From an uncultured Actinomycetota bacterium (lineage in GTDB: Bacteria > Actinomycetota > Actinomycetes > Propionibacteriales > Nocardioidaceae): a stretch of DNA of 64,000 bases. Under the pieces are notes generated by a model. The model saw only the letters and a program-made list of their open reading frames with translations, had not been told where the DNA came from and did not search any database. A program made the position numbers and the translations under genes. Below, piece by piece: positions 28,881 through 38,534 of this stretch. Location of the stretch: positions 164,180-228,179 of the forward strand of contig CAWCFY010000002.1 in assembly GCA_963795075.1 (NCBI GenBank), given 5' to 3'. Numbering within the stretch: the stretch's first letter is position 1; each line of letters starts with the position of its first letter.

Positions 28881-29207
28881 TCACCTCGTGAACGCGCTGG
28901 CGTACGAGGTCTCTCCGACTGCGATCGAGTACTCGCTGTAGTACTCCGCGATCCCGTTGCGCTGGGCCGTCCGGTGGCGCGGGTGGTCGCGCCAGGCCTG
29001 GTGGCTGGCCGGGTCGGCGAAGGTGACGATCGTGGCGCGCTCTCCGTCCTCGGCCACGAACAGCTTCGTCTCCACGAACCCGGGCATCGCGCGGGCGAGC
29101 TCGGTGACCTCGGCGAGCTCCGCGCCGTAGGCGTCCAGGGACTCGGGACGCAGCCGGTTGCGAAAGACGGTGACTACTTGGCCGACGCGGGGCCGAGCGG
29201 GTTCCAT
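28881..29207 (-). CDS. Antibiotic-biosynthesis-monooxygenase (ABM) domain protein
   Basis: ATG at 29207. Translation: MEPARPRVGQVVTVFRNRLRPESLDAYGAELAEVTELARAMPGFVETKLFVAEDGERATIVTFADPASHQAWRDHPRH. Confidence 0.75.
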   Translation of the reverse strand: MEPARPRVGQVVTVFRNRLRPESLDAYGAELAEVTELARAMPGFVETKLFVAEDGERATIVTFADPASHQAWRDHPRHRTAQRNGIAEYYSEYSIAVGETSYASAFTR

Positions 29208-29257
29208 GCGGGCAGGTTGCCACGAGTGTTCGACGCCCGCCAGCGGAGATGTTCGGC

Positions 29258-30569
29258 CTATTCGCGTCGGTGGAAGGTGATGGTGCCGTCGGGGTGGTGG
29301 CGGGTGTCGTACGTCGGGTCGTGGACCCGTCGGTGATGGTGCGGACACAACAACCGGCCGGTGGCGACGTTGGTCTTGCCGTCCTTGCCCCAGGGATGGT
29401 CGTGGTGGGCGTGGCACATGCCCGGGGGCTGCTTGGCAGCCTCTGGTGGTGCAGCCGCCGTCGCGGACGGTCATGGCCAGTCGCATGGCTTCGGTGTGGA
29501 GTCGGCGTCGGCGGCCGACGTCGAGGGGCTGGCTGCGCCCGCCGAGGACCATGGGGATGATCCCGGCCCGGCAGGCGAGCCGGCGGGCTTCGCCGGCGGA
29601 GATGCGGGCGCCGGTGTCCAGGGTGCAGACCCCCGCGGTCTCGAGGTCGGCCAGCAGCTGGTCGAGGCGCATGGTGACCACGACGGTGGCGCCGCAGCCG
29701 CCGGTCTTCGGCAGGTCATCAGCGGAGATGGTCTCCAGCAGCTGGGTCAGCGCGATGCCGTGGCGGACCGGGGTGGGCAGGTCGGGGTCGATGCCGGAGT
29801 CGCGGTCCATCACCACGGTGCCCTCGGCGGCGCGCTCGGGTGGTGGCCCGGCTGGGTGAGGCCAGGGCGAGGATCATCTTGGTCAGCATCTGCCCGTGCA
29901 GCGCCGGGATGCGGAAGCGGCCGTGGCAGGTGCCTTCGTCGTCCTCCCACAGCGACAAGCGTGGTCCGCCGCAGGGCCTGGGCTTCTTCGCGCTCCAGGG
30001 CGCGGCCTTCGAACTGCTCGGCCACGTCGGGGGCGATGACCTCGAAGACCCGCCGGCCGAGGATGCGCAGCTCCTTGGCGTCGTGGTGCGCGGCGAGGTC
30101 GACCAGATGCTTCTCCGCGGCCAGGCGCTGCTCGGCGGTGACCGCGAAGGCCCCGGTGCGCGGCAGCCGGTCCAGGGCCGCGACGATCGCGCGGGACTGA
30201 GCCACGTTGACCGCCACCGCGGCCATGGCGGTGGAGAGGACGTCGTGGTGCTCGAGGCGTTGGGCGTGGCGCAGGTCCGAGCGGGCGTCGCGGCGTACCT
30301 GCCGGGTCTCGACCGCCACCCAGTCGGCCGCGGTCGGGGCGCCGGTGTGCACGGTGGCCTCGCTCTGCTCGGCGTCGGCGAGCAGCCGCAGCTCCATCGC
30401 CTGCAGCTGGGCGCCTGCCGCGGGCGAGCTCGACCAGCGCGGCCCGCTTCTCCTCCGGGCTCATCGAGAGCAGCGGCACTCCCGCCAGACCGTCGAGACG
30501 GCCGGTGAGCCGGCGCGCGAACTCGGCCACCGGGTGCTGCTGGTGGTCGTCGTTCCGGCTGCTGCTCAT
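29258..30569 (-). pseudogene. DUF222/HNH endonuclease (REP13E12-type), copy B, several frame disruptions
   Basis: Same N-terminus as copy A (MSSSRNDDHQQHPVAEF). One-nucleotide insertions relative to copy A lie near 30420, 29945, 29850 and 29422. It ends FHRRE-TAG at 29258. Confidence 0.8.
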
Positions 30570-30660
30570 GGGTGAATTCAAGCACCGACCACTGACAGGC
30601 AACCGGCTCTGACCTGCGGTTTTGCTCAGCTATGCGAGATCCGTGGAAAGAATCTTTCGA
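29258..30660 (-). repeat. Right copy of the 1.4-kb inverted repeat
   Basis: Its reverse complement aligns with 13657..15075, including the leader. Confidence 0.85.
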
Positions 30661-30731
30661 CGGGTTTCCGAGCGAGCTCGAGCAGCCCCCATGGACCCGG
30701 CGGGCAGGTCGTCGTCGCGGCCTCGGTCGAG

Positions 30732-31251
30732 TGGTTTCGACAGGCTCAACCAGCGTGGGTGTGCGGCTGCTTCTCGGCGTACGGGGTCTCGACTGATCGC
30801 TCGCTTCGCTCCCTGCTCGACCGGCGTTGCGGCGTACGGCGGCGGTGGTTTCGACAGGCTCAACCAGCGTGGGCTGCGGCTGCTTCTCGGCGTACGGGGT
30901 CTCGACTGGGCTCGACCAACATCCGGGGTGGTTTCGACAGGCTCAACCAGCGTGGGGTGCGGCTGCTTCTCGGCGTACGGGGTCTCGACTGATCGCTCCC
31001 TTCGACTGGGCTCAGGACAAGCGCTTCGCTCCCTCGGCTCGGACCAACGTGCTCGACCAACATCCGGGGTGGTTTCGACAGGCTCAACCAGCGTGGGGTG
31101 CGGCTGCTTTTCGGCGTACGGGGTCTCGACTGATCGCCGCTCGTCCTTCGACAGGCTCAGGACAAGCGCTGCTCGACCAGCTCGACTACGTTCGTTTCGA
31201 CAAGCTCAACCACCGGGGGGTGAGGCTGCTGTTCGGCGTACGGGTCTCGAC
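30732..31251 (-). repeat. Array of five reverse-orientation copies of the 62-nt repeat
   Basis: Copies lie at 30732-30793, 30846-30906, 30929-30989, 31070-31130 and about 31192-31251 (the last is diverged). Core sequence: tggtttcgacaggctcaaccagcgtgg..gcggctgcttctcggcgtacggggtctcgac. Spacers are 22-80 nt and share motifs with each other. Confidence 0.85.
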
Positions 31252-31370
31252 TGGGCTCGACCGACAACTGCGGTGGGTCCGACCGGGGACCGGGTGGCCT
31301 AGTCGCCCTTTGACGCGTCAAGGGGGGAGGAGTTGGGTGGAGGTTCCACACCCACGCCTGAGGAGGCAGC

Positions 31371-31754
31371 ATGTCCGGCAAGGTGGTGCACTTCGAGATC
31401 CCGTTCGACGACAGTGAGCGGGCGCAGACCTTCTATCGTGACGCGTTCGGCTGGGAGGTGATGACCATCCCTGAGATGGACTACACGATGGTGATGACCG
31501 GCCCGACCGATCCGGAGAAGGGGCCGACGGACGCCGGGTTCATCAACGGCGGCATGTTCCAGCGCAGCAACGACTTCCCCGGCAAGGGGCCCACGGTCGT
31601 GATCGACGTGCCCAGCGTCGACGACGCGCTGAAGGGCGTCGAGGCGGCCGGTGGGAAGACGGCGGGGGAGAAGATGAAGGTCGGCGACATGGGCTTCGCC
31701 GGCTACTTCACCGACACCGAGGGCAACCTGATCGGGTTGTGGGAGAGCGCCTGA
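31371..31754 (+). CDS. VOC/glyoxalase-family protein
   Basis: 127 aa: MSGKVVHFEIPFDDSERAQTFYRDAFGWEV...GYFTDTEGNLIGLWE. Confidence 0.8.
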   Translation: MSGKVVHFEIPFDDSERAQTFYRDAFGWEVMTIPEMDYTMVMTGPTDPEKGPTDAGFINGGMFQRSNDFPGKGPTVVIDVPSVDDALKGVEAAGGKTAGEKMKVGDMGFAGYFTDTEGNLIGLWESA

Positions 31755-31766
31755 GGCCTCGCCCGG

Positions 31767-32915
31767 TCAGGCGGTGATCGCCGCGCCCTCGTCGCCTCGG
31801 TGGGCACCGCCGAGCAACCTGTCCCGCAGCTCCACGAGCTCGGAGACCGCGTCGAGGAAGCGGTGCGTGCTGTCACCGACCTGGAGGTCGTCGAAGTAGT
31901 GGTGGCGCATGGCGAGCCTGCCCAGGTGGTGCTCGTCGTGCTCGAGCCGTGACGCGAGCAGCCCGGTCAGGTCCGCGACGTTGGACTCGTCGACGACGTC
32001 GGCGCAGCGGCTGACCGGGACCTCCTGGCGCAGCCGGTCGGCGTCGTGGTGCCGGTCGGTGAGGAAGATCGGCCTGTCGGTGCGCAGGTAGAGCCAGTCG
32101 AGGCCCACCGAGGAGACGTCGGTGACGATGGCGTCGCAGTCGGGCATCACCGCGAGGATGTCGCCGACGAGGATCGACCGGTGGCCGGCGTCCGGCTCGT
32201 GTGCGGCGGCCTCGGCCACCAGAGCGACGATCTCGCGGTGGTTGTCCTGGACGGCGGGGGTGAGGCTGGTGGTCACCTTGGGGTGCGGCTTGTAGACCAG
32301 GCGTACGCCGGGCACGGCCAGGACCGCCCGCACGATCGCCGGGCCGAGCGTGTCCACCGAGGTGTAGTCGTTGTACTGCGCGTCGCCCTCCCAGGTCGGC
32401 GCGTAGAGGACCGTACGCCGCGCGCTCGGCTCCAGCAGCGGCGCCGGTCGCAGGTCGAGCTGGGGGCGCCCGGTGCGCACCAGCCGGGCGGTGTCGAACT
32501 CCAGCAACCCGGCCGCGTGGCGCTGCACGGCGGCCTCGCCGGCCACGAACACCCGGTCGTAGGCCTTGGCGTTGTTGCTGGCCATGCTCTGCTTGTCGCT
32601 CTCGCCGTGGTTGATGTGCACGTGCAGCATCCGGCCGTCGACGAGCGACTGGAAGTTGAGCATCGAGTTGTTGCAGTAGAGCACCACCTTCGCGTCGAGC
32701 CGGTCGTAGAGCGCGGTCAGCTCGGGGAACGTCTGGGCGGTGAAGATCGGCAGGCTCGTCCGCTCGGCCAGCACGGTCGCCGACGCGGGGTCGCGGACCA
32801 CGATCGCGACGGGGTGTCGTTCGTGCAGGGTGCCGAGCACGTCGAGCCACTGGACCAGCTGATAGGTCCGGGTCGGGTCGTCGCCGAAGTGGGCGAGCAC
32901 GTGCACGGGGTTCAC
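31767..32915 (-). CDS. CDP-glycerol glycerophosphotransferase (TagB/TagF)-like protein
   Basis: 382 aa: VLYAPTWEGDAQYNDYTSV...VTDVSSVGLDWLYLRTDRPIFL. Family call is from memory. Confidence 0.6.
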   Translation of the reverse strand: MNPVHVLAHFGDDPTRTYQLVQWLDVLGTLHERHPVAIVVRDPASATVLAERTSLPIFTAQTFPELTALYDRLDAKVVLYCNNSMLNFQSLVDGRMLHVHINHGESDKQSMASNNAKAYDRVFVAGEAAVQRHAAGLLEFDTARLVRTGRPQLDLRPAPLLEPSARRTVLYAPTWEGDAQYNDYTSVDTLGPAIVRAVLAVPGVRLVYKPHPKVTTSLTPAVQDNHREIVALVAEAAAHEPDAGHRSILVGDILAVMPDCDAIVTDVSSVGLDWLYLRTDRPIFLTDRHHDADRLRQEVPVSRCADVVDESNVADLTGLLASRLEHDEHHLGRLAMRHHYFDDLQVGDSTHRFLDAVSELVELRDRLLGGAHRGDEGAAITA

Positions 32916-33008
32916 GAACAGATTCTAGTTCCCCGGGCGCACTCCCGGAGTCCCGATCACGAGCTGGTCCGCGAGCAGGGTGCGGCGCGCCCCACGGTCG
33001 GGGACCGA

Positions 33009-34329
33009 TCAGGGACGCAGCGTGACCGGCAGCCGCTCGTACCCCCGCAGGATGCGCGTACGCCGACGCGCTGCTCCGGGCTCCAGACGCAGGTCGGGGT
33101 AGCGCTCGAACAGGGTGCGCAGACCCACCTCGCCCTCCATCCGGGCCAGTGCGGCGCCCAGGCAGTAGTGCCGTCCCGACGAGAAGGAGACGTGCTCGCG
33201 TGCGTTCTCCCGGGTGACGTCGAAGGTGTCCGGGTCGGCGAAGACCGCGGGGTCCCGGTTGGCGCCGGCCAGCAGCCCGACCATCATCGAGCCGCGGGGG
33301 ATGCGGGTGCCCTCGATCTCGGTGTCCGCCGTGGCGATCCGACCGGTCAGCAGCACCGGCGGGTCGACCCGCAGCACCTCGTCGACCGCGTTGGGCCACA
33401 GGTCCGGCCCCTCCTCCAGCAGCCGGAGCTGCTTCGGGTCGTCCGCGAGCAGGGCGATCCCGTTGCCCAGCAGGTTGACCGTCGTCTCGAACCCGGCGGC
33501 GAGCACGAGGCCCGCGGTGGAGCGCAGCTCGGCGTCGGTGAGGCCGACCCCGTCCTCCTGCGCGGACACCAGCTGGCTGAGCAGGTCCTCACCGGGCTCG
33601 CGGCGCAGGCCGTCGAGATGATGCGCGAGCCAGCGGTCGAAGTCGCGCAGGGCAGCCTCGACCCGCCGGAACTCCCGCCAGGACAGGCCGAGGTCGAGGC
33701 TGGGGGCTGCCGCAGCCCCGAAGCGGAGCACCAGGTCGCGGTCGCGCTCGGGCACGCCGAGGATCTCGGCGATCACGGTGACCGGGAGCAGGCTGCAGTA
33801 CGTCGCCACCAGGTCGCCGGGCTCGCTCGGGTCGATCCGGTCGAGGAGGTCCTCGGCGATGCGACTGCGTCCGGTCGCGGAGCCGCTCCACCGCCCGGGC
33901 GCTGAAGACCCGCGACACCAGCTTGCGGTAGCGGGTGTGGTCGGGCGGGTCGGTGACCAGCAGCGACGGCGGCGTCAGCGGGCCCAACGGGGCATCGCTC
34001 ATCGACCACTGCTGGAGGCGGGCCAGCCGGCTCCCGCCGTCGGCGATCGCGAACCCGGAACCGGCCGCCGGGTCGGAGAGCATCGCCCGGATCGCCGCGT
34101 TGTCGGCACTGACCGCGGCGTACTTCCCCCGGTAGAAGGAGCCGTGTCGGCGCAGCTCCTCGATGACGCCCCGCAGCTTCTCGAACCCGTCGTCCTGCGA
34201 GGCCACGAACATCCGGCCGTGCACGTCCCCCTGCCGGGCCGCCCGCCGGAGCAGGGCGTCGGGGAGGGCGTGCCCCAGCGACCACCGCACGGTCGCACGG
34301 GCCGCGGAGGCGGGGTTGGGTGTCGTCAC
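33009..34329 (-). pseudogene. Cytochrome P450, one frame disruption
   Basis: The N-terminal ORF 33589..34329 contains LLVTDPPDHTRYRKLVSRVFSARAVERLRDRT. The frame switches near 33861. The C-terminal ORF carries AGFETTVNLL and the heme loop FSSGRHYCLGAALARME. Confidence 0.8.
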
Positions 34330-34430
34330 TGCGGGGCCTTTCGCGAAGGAGCGTCACCCGGCAGGACCGGGCGTAGGGAGGCGTGGACGTGGGTCGACCA
34401 TACCGTGAGTATGTACAACGCGCGATCGCG

Positions 34431-34904
34431 CTACAGGTCACGCTCGTAGGCCAGCATCAGGGCTCCGTCCGCTCCCTCCGTACGCCGGAACCCGGCCGCC
34501 TCGTAGAGCCGCTGGGCGAGCAGGTCCTCCTCGGTGGTGATCAGGAACGCGTAGTCCGCCCCGGCCGCGGTGGCGGCCTGAAGCACCTCGGTGATCAGCT
34601 CCCGGCCGAAGCCGTGGCCGCGCCGGCCGGGGATGACGTACAGCTCCGAGAGGTACGCCTCCGGAGCCCGGCTCCACACCGAGGGCTGCAGGCGGAGCAC
34701 CGCGACCCCGACGGGGTCCGCCGAGACGGGGTCGCGGGCCAGCAGCACGGTCACCTGGTCGGCGTCGAGCAGCTCGGCCAGCCGGTCGGCCAGCTCCTCG
34801 GGCGAGGGCGTCGGCTCGTCGTACTCGGTGTTGAAGTCGTGGAGCAGCTGCGCGGCTGCCGCCCGGTCCCGGCCGTCGCCGCCGCCCGTCACCCGCTGTG
34901 CCAT
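34431..34904 (-). CDS. GNAT-family N-acetyltransferase
   Basis: 157 aa: YLSELYVIPGRRGHGFGRELITEVLQAA. Confidence 0.75.
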   Translation of the reverse strand: MAQRVTGGGDGRDRAAAAQLLHDFNTEYDEPTPSPEELADRLAELLDADQVTVLLARDPVSADPVGVAVLRLQPSVWSRAPEAYLSELYVIPGRRGHGFGRELITEVLQAATAAGADYAFLITTEEDLLAQRLYEAAGFRRTEGADGALMLAYERDL

Positions 34905-35054
34905 GGGTCCAGTCTGCGCCCGTCACCGAGCACGTCCACCCCGGTGGTCCGTCACCTCGCCGCGGTCCCGCATCCGTGGTGCGTACGGCGCTCAGGCACT
35001 AGCGTGCAGCCAGACCGCACCGGTCGACGGACGGTCGAGCGGGAGGGTGTTGCG

Positions 35055-36323
35055 ATGCAGGCACGTCACGAGGAAGCGCACGCGGACGCAGGGCTGCGCC
35101 TGCTCCTGGCCGACTCCCTGCCGGAGGAGGCCGTGGCCGAGCTCCGGTCGCGTGGCCACGAGTGCGTGGTCGAGCCGGGACTCGGTGCCGACGACCTGCC
35201 CGAGCACATCTGCGGGTACGACGTGCTCGTGGTGCGCAGCACCAAGGTGACCGAGGAGGTCTTCGCCCGCGCCGACCGGCTCGCCCTGGTCATCCGCGCC
35301 GGCGCCGGCACCAACACGATCGCCACCGACGCCGCGGCCGCTCGCGGGGTGCTGGTGGCCAACGTGCCCGGCCGCAACTCCGCCGCGGTGGCCGAGCTGA
35401 CGCTGGGGCTGCTGCTCGCCGTCGACCGCCGGATCGCCGACAACGTCGCCGACCTGCGCGCGGGGCGGTGGGAGAAGAAGACCTACAGCCAGGCGGGTGG
35501 TCTGCTCGGCTCGACGATCGCGATCCTGGGGCTGGGTGCGATCGGGCTGGGCGTGGCCGAGCGCGCCGCCGCGTTCGGCATGCGCGTGCGGGCGCTGGAC
35601 AAGCCGCGCTCCCCGGAGACCGAGGCCCGGGTGACCGAGCTGGGCATCGAGCTGTGCGCGACCCTGCCCGAGCTGCTGGCGTCGGCCGACGTGGTCTCCC
35701 TGCACGTGCCGGCCACCTCGGAGACGCGACACCTCGTGGACGCAGAGTTCCTCGCGCAGCTGCGCCCCGGCGCGATCCTGCTGAACACCTGCCGCGGGGA
35801 CACCGTCGACGAGACGGCCCTGCTGGCGGCGCTCGACTCGGGTGCCGTCCGCGCCGGCCTCGACGTGTACGCCGACGAGCCCGCCGGTGGACGGGCCGAC
35901 TGGGACTCCGCACTGGCCCGACACCCCCGGGTCGTCGGCACGCACCACATCGGGGCCTCGACCGAGCAGGCGCAACGGGCCACCGCGGCGGGGGTGATCG
36001 AGATCGTCGACGCGTTCGTCGAGGGGGAGGTCCGCAACTGCGTGAACCTCGCCCCCACCCGCCTCGGGTCGGCCACGCTCACCGTGCGTCACCTCGACCG
36101 CCCCGGTGTGCTGGCCGGCGTGCTCGACCTGTTGAGTGTGGCGAGGCTCAACGTCGAGCACATGGAGAACCGGATCTTCCGGGGAGGGGAGGCAGCGGTG
36201 GCCTCGATCGACCTGGCCGGCGCGCTGCCGCCCGGCCTGCTCGACGAGATCGGCGCGCTGCCGCACGTGCTCGGCGCGTCCGTGGCCCCGTTCGCCGGCC
36301 CGGCCGGCGGAGCGACCAGATGA
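35055..36323 (+). CDS. D-3-phosphoglycerate dehydrogenase-like 2-hydroxyacid dehydrogenase with ACT-like tail
   Basis: ATG at 35055 follows GGGAGGG. Contains ILGLGAIGLGVAERAAAFGMRV and the tail TVRHLDRPGVLAGVLDLLSVARLNVEHMEN. Confidence 0.8.
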   Translation: MQARHEEAHADAGLRLLLADSLPEEAVAELRSRGHECVVEPGLGADDLPEHICGYDVLVVRSTKVTEEVFARADRLALVIRAGAGTNTIATDAAAARGVLVANVPGRNSAAVAELTLGLLLAVDRRIADNVADLRAGRWEKKTYSQAGGLLGSTIAILGLGAIGLGVAERAAAFGMRVRALDKPRSPETEARVTELGIELCATLPELLASADVVSLHVPATSETRHLVDAEFLAQLRPGAILLNTCRGDTVDETALLAALDSGAVRAGLDVYADEPAGGRADWDSALARHPRVVGTHHIGASTEQAQRATAAGVIEIVDAFVEGEVRNCVNLAPTRLGSATLTVRHLDRPGVLAGVLDLLSVARLNVEHMENRIFRGGEAAVASIDLAGALPPGLLDEIGALPHVLGASVAPFAGPAGGATR

Positions 36324-36345
36324 CGTGGTCGCCGGTGGACGCCGC

Positions 36346-37416
36346 GTGACGGGCGTCGTCCGGCCCCTCCGGGCCCGGGTCGTGCGGGAGGAGTACGCCG
36401 CCCAGCACGTGTCCCACATGTCCGACGCGCGCCCGGCGGGCCTCCTGGCCGCGACCCCCGCGCCGCTGCGGGAGGTCGACCCCGCGGACTACCACGACGC
36501 CGCAGCGGGTCTCTACGTCTACCGGTTGCGCCGGGAGGAGCAGGAGCACGTCGGCGTGGTGGGCGCGGTGCTGTCCGCGGCGTTCGTCGACGGCCGGGTG
36601 CGCGGCCACGAGGCGGTGCAGCCCGACCGGGTGCAGGGTCTGGTGGACCACTGGGCGTCCGCGGCGACCCAGTCCGAGCTGGTCGCGCTGCTCCACCGTT
36701 CCGGGCCGGCCGCGCACGACGTGGTCGCGCGGACCCAGCTCGACCCGCCGCTGATCCACTTCACCGGGCCCGACGGGTGGGAGCAGACCGTGTGGCGGGT
36801 GGCCGACGAGGCGAGCCGGGTGCTCGCCGCCGAGCTGGGCGAAGGGGTCCACTACATCGCCGACGGGCACCACCGCGTCGCAGCCAACCTGAGCGTGTGG
36901 CGAGGGGCCGGCCGACCCGCGGAGTCGACGTTGATGTGCGTGATCTACCCGTTCGGCGGGCTGCAGATGCTGGCCTTCCACCGCAGGATCACCGGACCCG
37001 CCGACACCGACCGGCTGCACGCGGTGCTGGCGGAGCGGTTCGAGGTGCGGGCGATCGCGGGGCCCGACGAGGCGACCGGCTGCTTCGCGGCGTACGTCTC
37101 GGGGCGCTGGTACGACGTCGTCCACCCGGGCGACCGACCACCAGGCGTGGCCGGCCTCGACATCTCCATCCTCGACGCCGACGTGCTCGCGCCCGTGCTG
37201 GGCCACGGACCCGCGGCCGGACGGCTGGAGATCACCTCTGCCCTGACGCCCCTCGAGGAGCTCGCCGCCGCCTGCGACGCGGACGGCGGCGTGTTGTTCG
37301 CGCTGCGGCCTCCGTCGCTCGAGCAGCTGACCGAGATCGCCGACCGCGGCGAGGTGATGCCGCCGAAGACGACGTACTTCGACCCCAAGCCCTACGCCGG
37401 GATCTTCGTCTCCTGA
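36346..37416 (+). CDS. DUF1015-family protein
   Basis: Contains YIADGHHRVAA and PPKTTYFDPKPYAGIFV. The GTG start is chosen in frame and is uncertain. Confidence 0.7.
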   Translation: MTGVVRPLRARVVREEYAAQHVSHMSDARPAGLLAATPAPLREVDPADYHDAAAGLYVYRLRREEQEHVGVVGAVLSAAFVDGRVRGHEAVQPDRVQGLVDHWASAATQSELVALLHRSGPAAHDVVARTQLDPPLIHFTGPDGWEQTVWRVADEASRVLAAELGEGVHYIADGHHRVAANLSVWRGAGRPAESTLMCVIYPFGGLQMLAFHRRITGPADTDRLHAVLAERFEVRAIAGPDEATGCFAAYVSGRWYDVVHPGDRPPGVAGLDISILDADVLAPVLGHGPAAGRLEITSALTPLEELAAACDADGGVLFALRPPSLEQLTEIADRGEVMPPKTTYFDPKPYAGIFVS

Positions 37417-37426
37417 CCGAGGGACC

Positions 37427-38029
37427 TCACGCGTCCTGACCCGCCCCGCCCACCTCGGCCGAGAGCAGCAGCAGCCGGTTGAGCAGGTCCGCCGCCCGCG
37501 CCACCTCCGCACGCTCGCCGCTCACCAGCAGGTCGAGCAGCAGTCCTCGCGCGGCGCCGAGCGCGAGCCGTGCGTGGGTCGCTGCCTGCGCCTCGGGCAG
37601 GCCGATCGCCCGGCACAGGTCGGTGACCGACGGCAGCCACGCGGCGATCAGCTCCTCACGCAGGACCGCCGCGTGCGCCTTGCCCTGCATGGCGTGCGCG
37701 GAGAGCTCGAAGAACAGCGGCCCGTAGCGCAGCGTCGCCTCGACGGTCTCCTCCCAGTAGGCGGCAGCGGCCTCGAGCGGCGGCAGGTCGGTGGCGTACG
37801 TCGCGGTCATCACCGCGCGCTGGCGTGCCTCCACCTCTCGCGTGACCTCGGCGAGCAACCCCTCCCGCGAGCCGAAGTGGTAGATCAGCATCCGGTGGCT
37901 GGTCCCGATCGCCTCGGCGATCGCGCGCAGGCTGGTGTCCCCGATGCCGTGCCGCCCGAAGTGGTCGATCGCGGCGTCGAGCAGGCGCGTCCGCGGCGAT
38001 GACCCCGCGGCTGCGGGCGGTCCGCTCAC
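37427..38029 (-). CDS. TetR-family transcriptional regulator
   Basis: Contains RTRLLDAAIDHFGRHGIGDTSLRAIAEAIGTSHRMLIYHFGSREGLL. The GTG start overlaps (GTGA) the stop of the upstream SRPBCC gene. Confidence 0.8.
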   Translation of the reverse strand: MSGPPAAAGSSPRTRLLDAAIDHFGRHGIGDTSLRAIAEAIGTSHRMLIYHFGSREGLLAEVTREVEARQRAVMTATYATDLPPLEAAAAYWEETVEATLRYGPLFFELSAHAMQGKAHAAVLREELIAAWLPSVTDLCRAIGLPEAQAATHARLALGAARGLLLDLLVSGERAEVARAADLLNRLLLLSAEVGGAGQDA

Positions 38030-38457
38030 GCGGTGGCGTGCGTGACGCGCCGGTCCAGGCTCTCGCCCTCGAGCTCGATGTAGCGCTGGGTCAGCCGCCC
38101 CCAGACCAGGGCGGCGACGGCGCCCATCGGGCCGGTCTGCTCGATGCCGAGCGTGAGCGTCGACCCGGTCGTGTCGGCGGTGACCGTGTGGGTGGCGATC
38201 GTGACCATCCCCGGACCGCGTGCGGTCCAGGTGAAGCCGTGGTCGTCGTCGACCTCGGTCACCTCCCACAGGGCCGTGGGGAGCTTGGGCTGGCGGAGGC
38301 GGGCCCGGGTGCCCGGGCGGAGCGGCCCGTCGTCGAGGAGCTCGACGCTGTCGACGGTCGGTGTCCACTCAGGCCAGCGGGCGACGTCGACGAGCACCTC
38401 GAAGACGGCCGCGGGCGGCGCGTCGATGTGGCGGGTGGTGGTGAAGGATCGGTTCAT
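38026..38457 (-). CDS. SRPBCC-family protein
   Basis: Translation: MNRSFTTTRHIDAPPAAVFEVLVDVARWPEWTPTVDSVELL. Confidence 0.7.
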   Translation of the reverse strand: MNRSFTTTRHIDAPPAAVFEVLVDVARWPEWTPTVDSVELLDDGPLRPGTRARLRQPKLPTALWEVTEVDDDHGFTWTARGPGMVTIATHTVTADTTGSTLTLGIEQTGPMGAVAALVWGRLTQRYIELEGESLDRRVTHATA

Positions 38458-38473
38458 GTACCAGATGGTACAT
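38456..38473. promoter_or_regulatory. Perfect 18-bp palindrome ATGTACCAGATGGTACAT at the 5' end of the SRPBCC-TetR operon
   Basis: The 8-2-8 inverted repeat was read directly. It overlaps the SRPBCC start codon and is a candidate TetR operator. Confidence 0.4.
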
Positions 38474-38534
38474 CGCTGCCAGCGGACCCTCAAGAGGTTT
38501 CGCGGACGCTGCCGGACGGTGGCCCGGTCGTAGG

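Noticed and set aside
28881-29816. Track ORF of 311 aa taken as a single HNH-ABM fusion protein.
   Set aside because: The middle part (HVPRPPRPSLGQGRQDQRR...) is out-of-frame HNH sequence that happens to stay open into the separate ABM gene. The ABM gene has its own ATG at 29207, and the HNH reading frame ends at TAG 29258.
30732-31251. A repeat-spacer look that could be mistaken for a CRISPR array.
   Set aside because: - The repeats are about 62 nt, too long for CRISPR.
- Spacer lengths vary from 22 to 80 nt, and the spacers share motifs with each other and with 28615-28767.
- There are no cas genes, and inverted copies occur 2 kb away.
- It is an interspersed or tandem REP/MITE-like element.
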